Shown here: piece by piece, positions 10,801-24,553 of the stretch | How positions within the stretch are numbered: the stretch's first letter is position 1 | How the letters are laid out: every line of letters starts with the position of its first letter | DNA from: Zancudomyces culisetae HAW-14-8 | Taxonomy: Eukaryota > Fungi > Kickxellomycota | Assembly: GCA_052426225.1 (NCBI GenBank) | Contig: JBNJNM010000008.1 | Coordinates: forward strand, 1 to 64,000 | DNA: 64,000 nt | Direction of reading: 5' to 3' | Notes under the pieces: model-generated | Database searches by the model: none | Told to the model about the DNA's origin: nothing | What the model saw: only the letters and a program-made list of their open reading frames with translations | Translations under genes and position numbers: made by a program

Positions 10801-12805
10801 CTGCTGAAATCAACTACAAAATTTACGATAAAGTAATGTTAGCCATAATTGAAGCTATTAAAGAATGGATATCATACCTCGAAGGAGCATTACATCAAAT
10901 TACTGTTTTAACTGATCATAAAAATCTAGTATAGTTTACTACCTCTATAACTTTGAATAGGCGTCAAGCACGATGGGCTGTATTATTAGGAAATTATAAT
11001 TTCATTATTAAATATGCAACTGTTTCATCTAACGGGAAACCCGATGCTTTGTCCCGACGCCCGGATCATTTTCCTCAGGAGTGGGATGACGCTCTACGTA
11101 ATAATAAAAGTTTGCTAAAGCCAGAACAATTGATAATTGCAGCAGTAGAACCAATGGTTGCTAATAATTTTGATAAAACTATATTAAATAGTAGCTACAA
11201 ATAAGATATTAAAGTTAATTTTATTATTTCTAAATTGAAACATATTAACAATTCTTCTAATTCTGAATATCCAAACTTAAAGGATTATAAATACGACAAT
11301 GTAATACTTACTTTTAAAATTAAAACATACATTCCAGATAACATTGAAATCAAACTACTACAACTCAACCAGTTTCACGATTCGCCTATTGCTGGACACT
11401 CGGACATTCTAAAACCTTTGAACTGATTTCAAGATACTATTATTGGCCAAAAATGAGAAAAATGATTAAAAATGATTAAAAATTATATTAACTCATGCGA
11501 TCAATGTTGCAGATGTAAACCGATAAGACACAAACCATATGGTCAACTTCAACCTTTACAGATTCCAGAAAAACCGTGGGAATCAATTTCTATCGATTTT
11601 ATTGTTGGGTTACCATTGTCACAAACTTACGATTCAGTATTGGTTATTGTAGATAGACTAACAAAAATGGCGCATTTTATTCCAACAAATAACAATATCA
11701 ACGCACAACAAACAGCAAAACTATTTATCAGTAACATATTTAAACTTCACGGACTGCCAAAAGATATCGTCTCTGATAGAGGTTCTATCTTTACTTATAA
11801 ATTTTGAAATACTATTACCAAAGTATTAAATATAAAATTAAATATGTCAACAGCATACCATCCACAAACGGATGGTCAAACGGAACGAGTAAACCAAGTT
11901 TTAGAACAGTATATCAGTTTTATTGTAACTACAACCAAACATACGGGCATGATTTATTAGCACTTGCAGAATTTGCATATAATAACTCACAACACTCAAC
12001 TACAAATTTTTCACCATTCTACGCTAATACTGGATATCATCCTTCAATATTTCGATCAAATATTTTGACTTCACCCAGTATCTCGCCCATAATCACAGAT
12101 TTAACTCAGAAAATGTCACAAATTTACAAGGAACTTATAAATAATATTAAAAATGTAAATGAAAGATATGCTAAAGCATATGATAAAAACAGCCAAGCAG
12201 AACCCAAGTTTAATATAGTATCAAAAGTGTGGTTAAATAGAAAATAATTAAAACTAACAGCCCAAATAACAAACTAGATTATACTAAATTAGGTCCATTG
12301 TGTCATGGCCAATCAGGTGACATCTAACCTCCCATAACATTTATTCTAATATTTACTTAGTATTTAATTAATAACATTTGCCTAGCTGTAATTCCTTAAT
12401 AATTACAACCTGTTTAACTAATAAAACTCGTTCTGTGACACATTGACAATAGTTATAAAAATAAGCAAAGTAGCATACGAACTTCAACTTCCTACGACTA
12501 TGAAAGTACATCCTGTCTTTCACGTTTCCCTTCTAGAACCAGTAACTAACAACAATATTGAAGGCCAAATTCAGGAAGCTCCATTACCGGTACTAGTTGA
12601 TGGAATATCAGAATACAAAGTCGAACAAATATTAGACAGGCGTATTAAATATAATAAACTACAATATCTAGTGGACTGGAAAGGGTACGACGCAAGCGAA
12701 AGAACTTGGTAACCAGCCAAACATCTAACAAATACAAAAGAACTTGTGGAAAAGTAACATAATGAAAACATGAATAAACCTATGTCGCTCAGAGATCGAC
12801 ACTAA
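7873..12805 (+). pseudogene. Gypsy-2 copy 1 gag-pol pseudogene
   Basis: DPEYFSGDR gag, CLYCGNPDH knuckle, MIDSGAT protease, RNase H, integrase and YLVDWKGY chromodomain pieces broken by many stops and frameshifts. Confidence 0.95.
12301..12440. mobile_element. 140-bp solo-LTR-like insertion, copy a
   Basis: TGTCA...TGACA ends with perfect 5-bp TSD CATTG; absent at the homologous position of copy 2. Confidence 0.92.
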
Positions 12806-12817
12806 GAGAGGGAATAC

Positions 12818-13151
12818 TGTCATAAACTAATATTAAACAGTTTCAATTTAAATCAACAAACAATATCAAACATGATTTGGATGAATCAGAATTATGATTT
12901 TAAATTTATTTAATATTGAAACTAGCACAAAACACAAGTTTACTTTAAATAATTCATTAATTTTAACTACTTTCTATTTATGCAACATTTTAGTCTTTAA
13001 TAATAAACTTATATATTACAAACAAAATGTTTAAATAGCATACTTTATTACTTCGGAATAACTTATCTGACAACAAATGTCAACATTAAATAGATTTTAT
13101 AGTAAAACTTAATAATCACCAAATTACACCAAAATTTATAAGTTCATGACA
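12818..13151 (+). repeat. Gypsy-2 LTR 2 (shared central LTR)
   Basis: TGTCA...TGACA; preceded by PPT and followed by the same leader as LTR 1. Confidence 0.93.
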
Positions 13152-14777
13152 GTTTGTCAGATCAATATATATTAAATTCTACTATCATGTCAGTGAATAA
13201 TTACATAGACCTTGATGCACTATTAACAATGACTGTAAGTCATTTTAATTAATTACATATGATGGCAACTGTCACGACTTGACACTAAGTACTATATGTA
13301 TTTTATGACTATGATTTATTTGTTATAATACTATGAGATGAAAAGTATTTTATTTCTAAAGTTTCCTAAAGTCATAAAATCCTTGTCCTTATATAGTTTT
13401 ACAATATACAAAATTAATTGTAAAACATAATAATAACTATACTTAAATTTTAACTAAAAACTAATAAATATAATTTAACCTTCAACTCCACAGTTAACAT
13501 TAAATAATTTGGGGTAAAACCAAATTATAAAAAATATAAATTCTTACTCCATAATTAATAATTTATGGAGTAAGAATTAAAGCTGAGAAAACGTTAATAA
13601 AATTAACATTTGCAATTTTTAATAAAATATAAAAAATAGCAATAATGCCATGAATGGATCATGATAGCAACCCAACTAGACGATCTTCAGCTCCGCTTAA
13701 ATATGTTAAGAAATAATCAAGCAAACGAGTTGCCAGTGGCTAGTGAACCAAGAGTAGCAGATCCTGAATACTTTAGTGGCGATAGAGACCAACTAAGAAA
13801 CTTTGTAGCACAAGTCCAACTAGTCATACAAGCTCAACCCTCAAGATTTTCAACAGATACTCAGAAAGTCATTTTTGCTTCTACTTTCCTTCGTGGACCT
13901 GCTTTCTCGTGGCTACAACCGTTTCTAGAATCTAATGATCATGAACCAATCCTGGAAAATTTTGACATTTTCATAAACGAACTTCATAGTGTTTTCGGAA
14001 ATCCACACCAATATTCGACAGCTGAACGTCAACTCAGAAAACTTCGCCAGTTGGGATCCGCAGCCACCTATGCTACTGCATTTTGTCGTATTTCGACACT
14101 TATGTCTTGGAATGACGCAGCACTCTGTAGCCAATTTTATGAATGACTTAAAAAGAAATTAAGAATTTATTAGCCCGTTTTGATAGACCAGACAACTTTT
14201 CAGAATTTATTGACCTCGCCATAAAAATTGAGAACAGACTATTTGAAAGAAACCTTGAAAAATTGTTATGCCCTCGTCCTATTCACACTCAAAATTTGGA
14301 TAACTCTACACCATCAAGAAACAATTTAATAAACATAACACAGCCTCAGGTGCAACAAATGGAAATTGACGGAACTTCATCTCGTCGCCCACCACTCACT
14401 CAGACTGAAAAACAACGCCGCCGCGATCTTAATCTTTGTCTATATTGTGGTAATCCTGATCATGTCATTTCATCTTGTCCTCGTCGCCCGCAAATAAAGG
14501 TACCAAATACTATATCTGCAAATATTATTAAGGACAACAATTAAGCTCAAGACAATTTTCGGACGTAGTCTTGAGCCTATCTAATTATCTTAAACCGTCC
14601 AATTCAATCAAAAATCTTTACCCTTTAAGTATTGCTGCTAATGAAACATCCGGAAGTTTATATCAAGCTGAAGTAAATCTACCTTTACAATTTAACAATA
14701 AAATAAACACTACTGAAATAACCAATTTACCACCTGAATTAAATGTAAAGGATATTTCTACTACTCCAACTATAACT

Positions 14778-14930
14778 CTGAAACCAAATCTGAAAATAAA
14801 CCCGAAACCAAATCTGAAGTCAAACCTGAACTTAAACCTGAAATCAAATCTGAACTTTAATTAAAACTAAACCCGTACTACACTCAAATCCTGAACTTAA
14901 GCCTGAATTCAAGCCTGTATCTAAACCTGA
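14778..14930 (+). repeat. Degenerate 12-bp minisatellite (AAACCTGAACTT-like) in the pol N-terminus; homologue at ~8990-9165
   Basis: Repeated aaacctgaa/aaatctgaa units with different copy number in the two Gypsy-2 copies. Confidence 0.7.
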
Positions 14931-17900
14931 CTGCAACTTAAAAATTAATTCCACAATCAATAAGAATTTGACCTGGAACATTTAAATATGTCAACAAATA
15001 AAGTTAACTCTCATCTTATAGTATCATTAACCCTTCGGGTAAACAATAACCCGATAAAAACCGTTCCCATGATTGATTCGGTTTCAACTAATTGCTTCAT
15101 TGATTCTACTTTTGCTAAGACTAATAACATTCCATTAGTATTAAAAAAATTACTATTTCCGCTACTAGTAATTGACGGAAGATGAATTTCGTCAGGCTCC
15201 ATAACACACAATACAATACCAATTCAACTTAACACCTATAATTATCACGTAACTAGACCATTTGATGTAAATATATTGGGAAAATACCCATTAATTATTG
15301 GAATAAACTGGCTGCGAACCCATAATCCACACATAGAGGGGAAATTAGATAAGTTGTATTTCATATCGATTATTGCCACAAAAATTGTAGTATTCAACAA
15401 AACCAATGTTATACTCACACAATAACTTGCACATTCATTCCAGAAAAATCAGAAATAACTCCTATACCATCGGAATATTCTGAATTTAAAGATGTATTCA
15501 ACGAAAAAGCAGCTAATAATTTACCACCTCATCGTACATAGGATCATAATATTTCGTTAACACCAGGCTCACAACCACCATTTGGACCAATTTAATCACT
15601 ATCTGAAACAGAACTTGCAGCATTTCGTGAATATTTGAAAGAAAATTTAGATAAAGGTTTTATACATCCTTCATCATATCCTGCTGGCTCTCCTATACTA
15701 TTTGTAAATAAGAAAGTTGGATATTTAAGATTATGCGTTGATAATAGAGGATTAAATAACTTGACAATTAAATCAGGTATCTTTACCTTTAATCGGAGAG
15801 TTACTCGACAGATTCAGTCAAGCGAAAATATTTTCTAAAATCGATTTAAGAGGCGCTAATAATTTAATAAGAATAGCTAAGGGAGAAGAATGGAATAATG
15901 CATTCCGTACATGATACGGTCACTATGAATATAGAGATATGCCATTCGGACTCTGCAATGCTCCAGCATCGTTTAATATTTCATGAATGATGTATTAACT
16001 GACTGCTTAGATAGATTTGCAGTAGTATATTTATATGATATACTGGTATATAGTACAATTAGAATACCATATTAAGCATGTAAAAGAAATATTAAGAAGA
16101 CTCCGAAATAATTCACTATATGCTAATCTGGAAAAATGTCGATTTCACAAAACAGAAGTCGAATTCTTGGGATATATTGTTTCCGATCTAGGGGTAAGTA
16201 TGGATAAAACAAAGACAATAGCTGTAATTGCATGGTCTGCACCAACCTCAATAAAAGAAATTCAAACGTGCCTTGGTTTAGCAAATTTCTATAGAAAATT
16301 TATAATGAATTTTTCAAAGATTGTGACACCTATAACAAAATTGTAACAAAAAAATGAATTATGGTACTGGACCACTGAAGCACAAAACTCTTTCGATCAA
16401 TTAAAAAAAGCATTTACAACTGCACCTATTTTAAAATATTTTGATTTGAATAAATCAATTACTATCGAAACTGAAGCATCAGAATTCGCAATTGGAGGAG
16501 TTATATCACAACGCAACGATAATAACAATTTACATCCTATAGCATATTATTTCAGAAAGTTACAACCTGCTGAAATCAACTACAAAATTTACGATAAAGT
16601 AATGTTAGCCATAATTGAAGCTTTTAAAGAATGGAGATCATACCTCGAAGGAGCATTACATCAAATTATGGTTTTAACTGACCATATAAATCTAGAATAT
16701 TTTAGTACCACTAAAACTTTGTATAGGCGTAAAGCACGATGGGCAGAATTATTAGATAATTATAATTTCATTATTAAATACGCAACTGGTTCATCTAACG
16801 GAAAACCCGATGCTTTGTCCAGACGCCCGGATCATTTTCCTAAGGAGGGGGATGAAGATCTACGTACTAATAAAACTTTGCTAAACCAGAACAATTGATA
16901 ATTGCAGCAGTAGACTATGAAATACTTACTTTTATTGGTAAAACATACATTCCGATAAAATTGAAATCAAACTACTTCTACTCAACCAATTTCACGATTC
17001 GCTTATTGCTGGCCACTCGGACATTCTAAAACCTTTGAACTGATTTCAAGATAATATTATTGGCCAAAAATGAGAAAAATGATTAAAAATTATATTAACT
17101 CATGCGATCAATGTTGCAGATGTAAACCGATAAGACTCAAACCATATGGTCAACTACAACCTTTACAGATTCCAGATAAACCGTGGGAATCAATTTCTAT
17201 GGATTTTATTGTTGGGATACCATTGTCACAAACTTACGATTCAGTATTGGTTATTGTAGATAGACTAACAAAAATGGCGCATTTTATTCCAACAAATAAC
17301 AATATCAACGCACAACAAACAGCAAAACTATTTATCAATAACATATTTAAACTTCACGGACTGCTAAAAGATATCGTCTCTGATAGAGGTTCTATCTTCA
17401 CTAATAAATTTTGGAATACTATTACCAAAGTATTAAATAAAAAATTAAATATGTCAACAGCATACCATATACAAACGGATGGTCAAACGGAACGAGTAAA
17501 CCAAGTTTTAGAACAGTATATCAGAATTTATTGTAACTACAACCAAACAATCTGGCATGATTTATTAGCACTCGCAGAATTTGCATATAATAACTCAAAA
17601 CACTCAACTACAAAATTTGCACCATTCTACGCTATACTGGATATCATCCTTCAATATTTCGACTAAATATTTTGACTTCACCCAGTAACTCGCCCATAAT
17701 CACAGATTTAATTCAGAAAATGTCACAAATTTACAAGGAACTTATAAAAAATATAAAAAATCAAATGAAAGATATGCTAAACTAATAATAAAAACAGACA
17801 AGCCGAACTCGAGTTTAATATAGGATCAAAAGCTTGGTTGAATAGAAAATATATTAAAACTAACAGACCAAATAACAAAATAGATTATACTAAATTAGGT

Positions 17901-17935
17901 CCATTTACAATAGTTAAAAAATTAAACAAAGTAGC

Positions 17936-18075
17936 TGTCATGGCCAATCAGGTGACATCTAACCTCCCATAACATTTATTCTAATATTTACTTAGTATTT
18001 AATTAATAACATTTGCCTAGCTGTAATTCCTTAAGAATTACAACCTGTTTAACTAATAAAACTCGTTCTGTGACA
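17936..18075. mobile_element. 140-bp solo-LTR-like insertion, copy b
   Basis: 139/140 identical to 12301-12440; flanks GTAGC / GTAG(A), a different target site. Confidence 0.92.
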
Positions 18076-18422
18076 GTAGATACGAACTTCAACTTTCTAC
18101 GACTATGAAATTACATCTTGTCTTTCACGTTTTCCTTCTAGTAATAGTAACTTACAACACCATTGAAGGCCGAATTCATGAAACTCCATTACCGGTACTA
18201 GTTGATGGAATATCAGAATACAAAGTCGAACAAATATTAGACAGTCGTATTAAATATAATAAACTACAATATCTAGTGGACTGGAAAGGGTACGACGCAA
18301 GCAAAAGAACTTGGGAACCAGCCGAACATCTAACAAATACAAAAGAACTTATGGAAAAGTACCATAATGAAAACCCGAATAAACCAATGTCGCTCAGAGA
18401 TCGACACTAAGAGAGGGAATAC

Positions 18423-18756
18423 TATCATAAACTAATATTAAACAGTTTAAATTTAAATCAACAAACAATATCAAATATGATTTGGATGAATCAGAAATAT
18501 GATTTTAAACATGTTTAATATTGAAACTAGCACAAAACACAACTTTTCTTTAAATAGTTCATTAATTTTAACTACTTTCTATTTATGCAACATTTTAGTC
18601 TTTAATAATAAATTATTATATTACATTCAAAAAGTTTAAATAGCATTCTTTATTCCTTCAGAAAAACTTATCGACAACAAGTGTCACAATTAATATATAT
18701 TTTATAGTTGTACTTAATAATTACCAAATTACACCAAAATAAACAAGTTCATGACA
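18423..18756 (+). repeat. Gypsy-2 LTR 3
   Basis: TATCA (mutated TGTCA)...TGACA, follows PPT. Confidence 0.9.
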
Positions 18757-21743
18757 CTATTAAACATTAAAAGTAAAGAACTCAATTCAAACTTCACTTT
18801 AGATTTAAAATCATTGCTTCTAATACTTCACTTGCTGTTACAATTACAAAATTTGAAGCTTACCTCCTCAATATCTTTTATATTTATCTTCAAATTTTTA
18901 AGATTAATTTCAACTCAAGAAAACTAAAAAATCAGAAAATTGCTGAAGCTAAGAAGGCTATAAAGAAACTAGAACTAGAACAAAACTCGATGACCGTAGA
19001 TACACAAGATAGTTTAAAAGGACAAAGATATGTATATTAAGGCAACAAATTGCGTCGAAACCATCAACCAACAAAACCAAAATATCACTAATATACTACA
19101 ATAGAACTAACAATAAAGGAAAGAAAAAAACTACAAATCCAACAAAAGACATTCAATTAACAATAAATAAAGAGTAATTAACAACACAAATCTATACAAA
19201 AGTTTACATGGCGCCAAAGAAGGAATCACAACATAATATTCAAAAAGAAAGTAAAACACAGTTTTTACTTCAAATATCATTACCATCAACAATTACTAAG
19301 TAACTTTACCAAAAATACAACAAAGTCAACTAAAAATTATTCAGCTATATTTACTTTTGTTCACAACATGACTTCCAAATCTGATAGTAAACAGCTTATA
19401 TTAAACAATTGAATTAAACACATACCTCAATTACTTAACAATGAAGTACATTACATTGACCTTTCTTTTTATAATACCACTCTTCTTTTTACCAAAAGTT
19501 ATATTATTTTAACAACGTTGATGACAAATTATTAAGAAATTATTCTGAAATGCTTGAGTAAAAATTATTATATTCTATCACTCCTAAATTCACAGAGAAA
19601 ACTAAATTATTATACCTAAAGTTATCAATGATATCAATCATGACGGAAGTATGAACATAATAAATTCAGTAATCACATAGGCCCTGTAATTATGGATACA
19701 ATAGATTATCATAAACAAGTATTGAAAATATTAAACAACACTAACAATAAAGTACAAATTCGTAATAACTCAGATGACATCAATGATCAAGTATTTATAA
19801 TAAACTATAAATACTAATTACCTACTACTCTACATTATAATATTTAAAATGCAAACTAGTCTACTACATAATGACAATAATATCCAATTACCGAATTTCT
19901 ACGTAGAATTAATAATCCATAAAACGCCAATTGAGTTTCGACCAATTACATCAGCAACCAATTGGCTAACAACGAAGCTATCTAAAACAATATCAATATA
20001 TTAATTGAACAAGAAAACCCAGTAATCTAAAAAATTTTTAGAATTGATCAAACAACTTGAAAACAAAGTTATTCCCAATAACTACATCATAGGATCACTC
20101 GATTTGTAACTTTAATTCAATTGTTCAAATAAAAACTTTGACAGAACTATTCTTAAATTGACCATATCTCAATAACTAACTGATGCCACAATTTACATTT
20201 GTGAATCAACTATTTTATGTATCATAAAAATGTATTTAAATATATTATTGTTATCACAATGGGCACCAATGCAGAATAAATGAACTATACTATACCTTCA
20301 AATATTGATAATATTTTAAAATATTTTGCCTTCATTAATACAGATATATTAACGATAAATTCTAGAAAACTGTTGTAAACAATGAGCTGCTTATAACTTT
20401 GGACCGTGGATTAGTTATGCTTGATTAATATTTATTAGATGAAGTATGTATTTAGAGTAATATATTAATAAATGAGTTAATAAATTATATTTTATTCCGA
20501 TGTAACCCAACGGAATTTCGAAGGGTTTATAAAATTACTATCAATTATTTAGAGTATGAAGCAAAACATTAATACAATATATTTTAGCAATAAAAATTAT
20601 ATTATGTATAATCAAATTAGAATAGGTATCTACTTATCGTAAACTTATCATTTCATTTTTTGATTTTAACATGTATTTAGATTATCGATTAAACATTATA
20701 TTTGTATATCAATTTACATTGATTTTGTATATAAATTTTAACATTGATTTTGTATATCAATTTTAGCATAGATTTTACTTAATGATTTTGGCATAGATTA
20801 TATTATCAATTTAATCATGGATTTTAGATATCCAATTCTCTATGGATTATGTCTATCCAGTTTTACCATGGTTAATTATAAATATAATTTGTAAAATTTT
20901 TTGAATTTACTATGTAATTTTTCTATAAATAAATTCTGATATTTGATGGTGTATTCTGCTAACATAATTTCATGTCGGATGACATTTTCGAATGCCGGAA
21001 ATGAATTAATATAATAGGTTAAATTTTTCATAAGCCAAATTGTAACTATAATTATTAACGGGAATTGGCCATTTCTAACAGTAACTCACAAAGACAATTT
21101 ATCCAAACTTATACACACCGCCAACAACAGCATCCCTGGAATAAATATGACTCTCGCTATTAATTCAGCAGATACTGTAGACTTCCTTGATAAAACTGTT
21201 TACTTAAATACTGAAATTAAAATCAGTTTCAAAACGTATCAAAAACCTTTTAATCTATACAGATAAATACCATTTTTTTATAAACACAGCATTTCTACTA
21301 AAAAAGCAGTTATATCTGGTGTACTAAACTGATATTATGACAATGCACAGATAATAATGACTTTGTTGATATTCGATAATTATACATAGAATGACAATAG
21401 CACGATTTTATAACATAAAATTTGTAAATGACATATTCATTAAAAACACATACGATGTTAGAAAATTATAGCTAAAAACGACCAATAAACCTTCTAAAAA
21501 CATTGTTCCATTAGTAATACTCTACAACAAACATTCAAACTACCAAATATTACAAAGATTCATACAGGAACTCAACGCACCAAAACTGCTCTAAGTAAAA
21601 ATTTAAGATTTATTATTGCTTGTAAAAAATCACCGAAACTTGGTGATTACCTACTAAAATTTAGGCTAAAAAAAGCCCAAGCCGAATATATCAAGGATAA
21701 TTATAGGGCTGATTCAAACATAGCCACAATCCTATCCCTATAG
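18757..21743 (+). mobile_element. Decayed Penelope-like retroelement (RT, no GIY-YIG endonuclease)
   Basis: Hand translation: IGPVIMDTIDYHKQVLKILN (~19680), PNFYVELIIHKTPIEFRPITSATNWLTTKLSK (19891), IIGSLD (~20090), ITMGTNA (~20255), RYIND (~20342), VDFLDKTVY..FKTYQKPFNLYR*IPF..H (21180-21290), IIACKKSPKLGDYL then stop at 21743. Confidence 0.85.
20371..21080. mobile_element. Old solo-LTR-like insertion inside the PLE RT
   Basis: TGTT...AACA ends; interrupts RT just after motif C (RYIND..FL|VTHKDNL); flanks AAAAC / GTAAC; contains a ~24-bp degenerate minisatellite at ~20660-20880. Confidence 0.6.
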
Positions 21744-22110
21744 ATGCTCCAACACTGAAAGTCGGTATGCAAGGTAATTTTTCCAATGAATCGGAAGAAC
21801 TTTAAATCAACCTCACAAACTCTGATAAATAATTATGGAAATTCAAATTACCAACCTAATCACAAATTTACTTAGCACTATGTTTGATCAACCAAATATT
21901 AATCTTGTATTTAAAAAATATTAACAGATACCAAGTTTCAAAAATTATGCTATATATACCAAATACCTTTTATAGTGATTTTATTCATTATTGTTAAGAC
22001 TTGAATATTTTAAGATTAAATTATTTATTACTATTATATTATTTAGAAAAATATGATATTCAATAGTGAATAAGATATTTTTCTCTGAAGTTCTCTTTCG
22101 ATGGATTTCG

Positions 22111-22596
22111 TGTTATGAATACACATGTATCATAACTATATTGTATATTAAAATACAATATGGTATTAATTAATATTAATGATATTAAATGTGCATCATT
22201 AATATTAATTAATTATTAGTTTATAAAATTTAATTATTATTAATTATTAGTTTAAAACATTAATATTGATACACATGATCAATATTAAATGTATCTTTAT
22301 TAATATTGTGTATATTAATGATATTTGTTTATTTGTTTATTAATATTAGTTGTATTAATAGTTTTAGTTTATACTAAAGTTTTAGTACAAACTTTTTTGT
22401 ATAAAAGGTGATACTAATCCCTTTATTGAACAATTAAGTTTGTCAATCTCGTTTAACAATAATAAAGATATTATTAACTAATATTATATTATTACTGTGT
22501 GTTTTAAACTAGCATAATTAATCTTAACTTTTATAAATTAACTGTGTGTTAATTTGTTAATACCATCATTATTGAGTATAATATTGGTATCTAACA
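22111..22596 (+). mobile_element. Possible LTR relic
   Basis: TGTTA...TAACA ends, internal TATAAAAGG and AATAAA, very AT-rich; no TSD or partner LTR seen. Confidence 0.35.
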
Positions 22597-24553
22597 GGTT
22601 TCATGCGAACTAAGTTATATGCTCCTCTCAGATCTATTTTAGTATATATTCTGGCATCATTGCGGTGATCTAAAAGTTCTGAAATCAGGGGAATGTTATG
22701 ATTGAGTTATTTTAATTTAGCTTAAATAGTTTTAATTAATAAATTAATTTATTACTAATTTAATTGTAACGTGAACACACAACGATACATTCACAAAATT
22801 AGTAACGTATCATGTTAACGTGATTATTCACGTTAACATCTAGGAGAAAAACTCCCAATGGGATTAACTTATATGTAAATGTCTGGATGTGAATATCATC
22901 CTGAAACATCACATAATGTTAAGTAACTTCATGCACATGAAATATTTTGTCTTATTTTTCACCTGTCTCTTCAAGTATTTAAACACCGACGATGCATTGA
23001 TTGAAGAGGCTGTGAAAAATATTCTCTTCATTTAGGAAGTTAATATTCTTCAAAATAAATATTCTAAATAAACTCAATTAAAACCTAACATTAATCAATT
23101 TCATAGTACTTTAATCCGAAGATTACTAGAATTATATTTATTATTTTTGATATGTTGAAGTCAATTACCAATGATAATTTTTAATTAAGATCAAAACGCC
23201 TGAATAAGGCCCAAATTTTAAATTTTACTGCCTGTATGAGAATTCGCTACTATTTAAAGCTTATACCAACTATAACTACATTATAAATAAATGGTTATCT
23301 TTTTCCTTTCACTTAAATTTCTGGTTAGTATGTAAAAAGGTTCAAAGTATATTAATGGAGTGGTTTAGATTTAATTTAACTAATAAAGCACCTTTTAATA
23401 CTTTTTGAAAGTTAAGTATAACTGAACAGCAAGAATAGTTTGATTTACTAAACAGTAGAAAAAGTGTAATTTTATATAAATAAGAAAATAATATATTAAT
23501 AATATTAATTTCTCGACTTTTGAGAAATTATTGAATTTATTTCATAATATGAATGTTAATAGTTGGAATATTTTAAAATATTGAAAAATGATACAAGGCC
23601 TATTTCATTATCTACTTATGAGAGAACAAAGTAGAGTTTAGCCTAAATAGACGATGCATACATTAATAACAAAGTATTAAACATATTGGATTTCTCATCA
23701 ATTGTAATTTGTATGTTAATTTTATTGATACTCTTATTTGACAGTTATGCATTTGAGTTTGTTCTATAAAATTAGTAAAATTTTTAGAAAAGTTAATTTG
23801 TTGTATCTGAACATTATAATAGTACACAATATTGTTAATTATAAACTATAGTTGTTTTACTCGAGTATATCTTAGTAGCCAATAGCCTCCAAGTAGGGAA
23901 TAAAACATTTTTACTAGATTAAAACAGCAACCAAAAATAAAACATCTATAGAGTCTGATCTAAACTACTTTAGGTTTCTCAATAGACTGCAACTATGAAA
24001 ATTAGTACTACAATCAACAGATTAAAGAAGCTAAGATGAGATGATTTTATCGGGGTTTTTATTTGTATAACTTTTTATTTTAGTGATATTTACTTTAAGA
24101 TTCAAATCAGTTACACTGTTTTTCCTTGATTAATGATTACATTTTAATAACAATTTTTGATAGTCCATATGTGTTCGATATACTTTAGATACAATAGCAT
24201 ATTTACATTAAGAAAATTAATAGACTAATTGATTTCATATACAAAGTTAAATTACATTTTAGGTACTTCACTACCAAAAATCTAGAGTTAAGCGGTCTCC
24301 ATAGATATATTAAGTTGTTTTATAATTTGTCTATAATATCACTAAAAATACAATATATACTTCAAAGATCTTCAGATCAGCTTTAATTTAATATAAAAAC
24401 AAATTCTGAGAATATATTTTTGTAAAGTTTTTTTATGCTATGCTATAAAATAGTAGCTAAATTAAATGTGAATGATATAATGAAAATAAGAGTAACTATG
24501 CAAATTTAAATGCGTTCTTGACGGCTCGTAAAGTAATGCACTTTCATCACTTA

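Larger units (their letters stand above)
13661..18410 (+). pseudogene. Gypsy-2 copy 2 gag-pol pseudogene
   Basis: Homologous to 7873-12805; same domain order; multiple disruptions. Confidence 0.95.
7034..18756 (+). mobile_element. Degenerate tandem dimer of Gypsy chromovirus family 2 (LTR-int-LTR-int-LTR)
   Basis: Three homologous ~334-bp LTRs; two internal regions with fragmented gag/PR/RT/RH/IN/chromodomain; PPT AAGAGAGGGAA before LTR2 and LTR3. Confidence 0.95.

Noticed and set aside
7873-18410. RIP as the cause of Gypsy-2 decay
   Set aside because: Damage includes many indels and transversions, and the 17-kb duplicates and DIRS copies are unmutated.
21820-21845. Possible hammerhead ribozyme core CTGATAA-ATAATTATG-GAAA downstream of the PLE
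   Set aside because: Core mismatches CUGANGA and stems I/III are not evident; needs a covariance-model search on intact copies.
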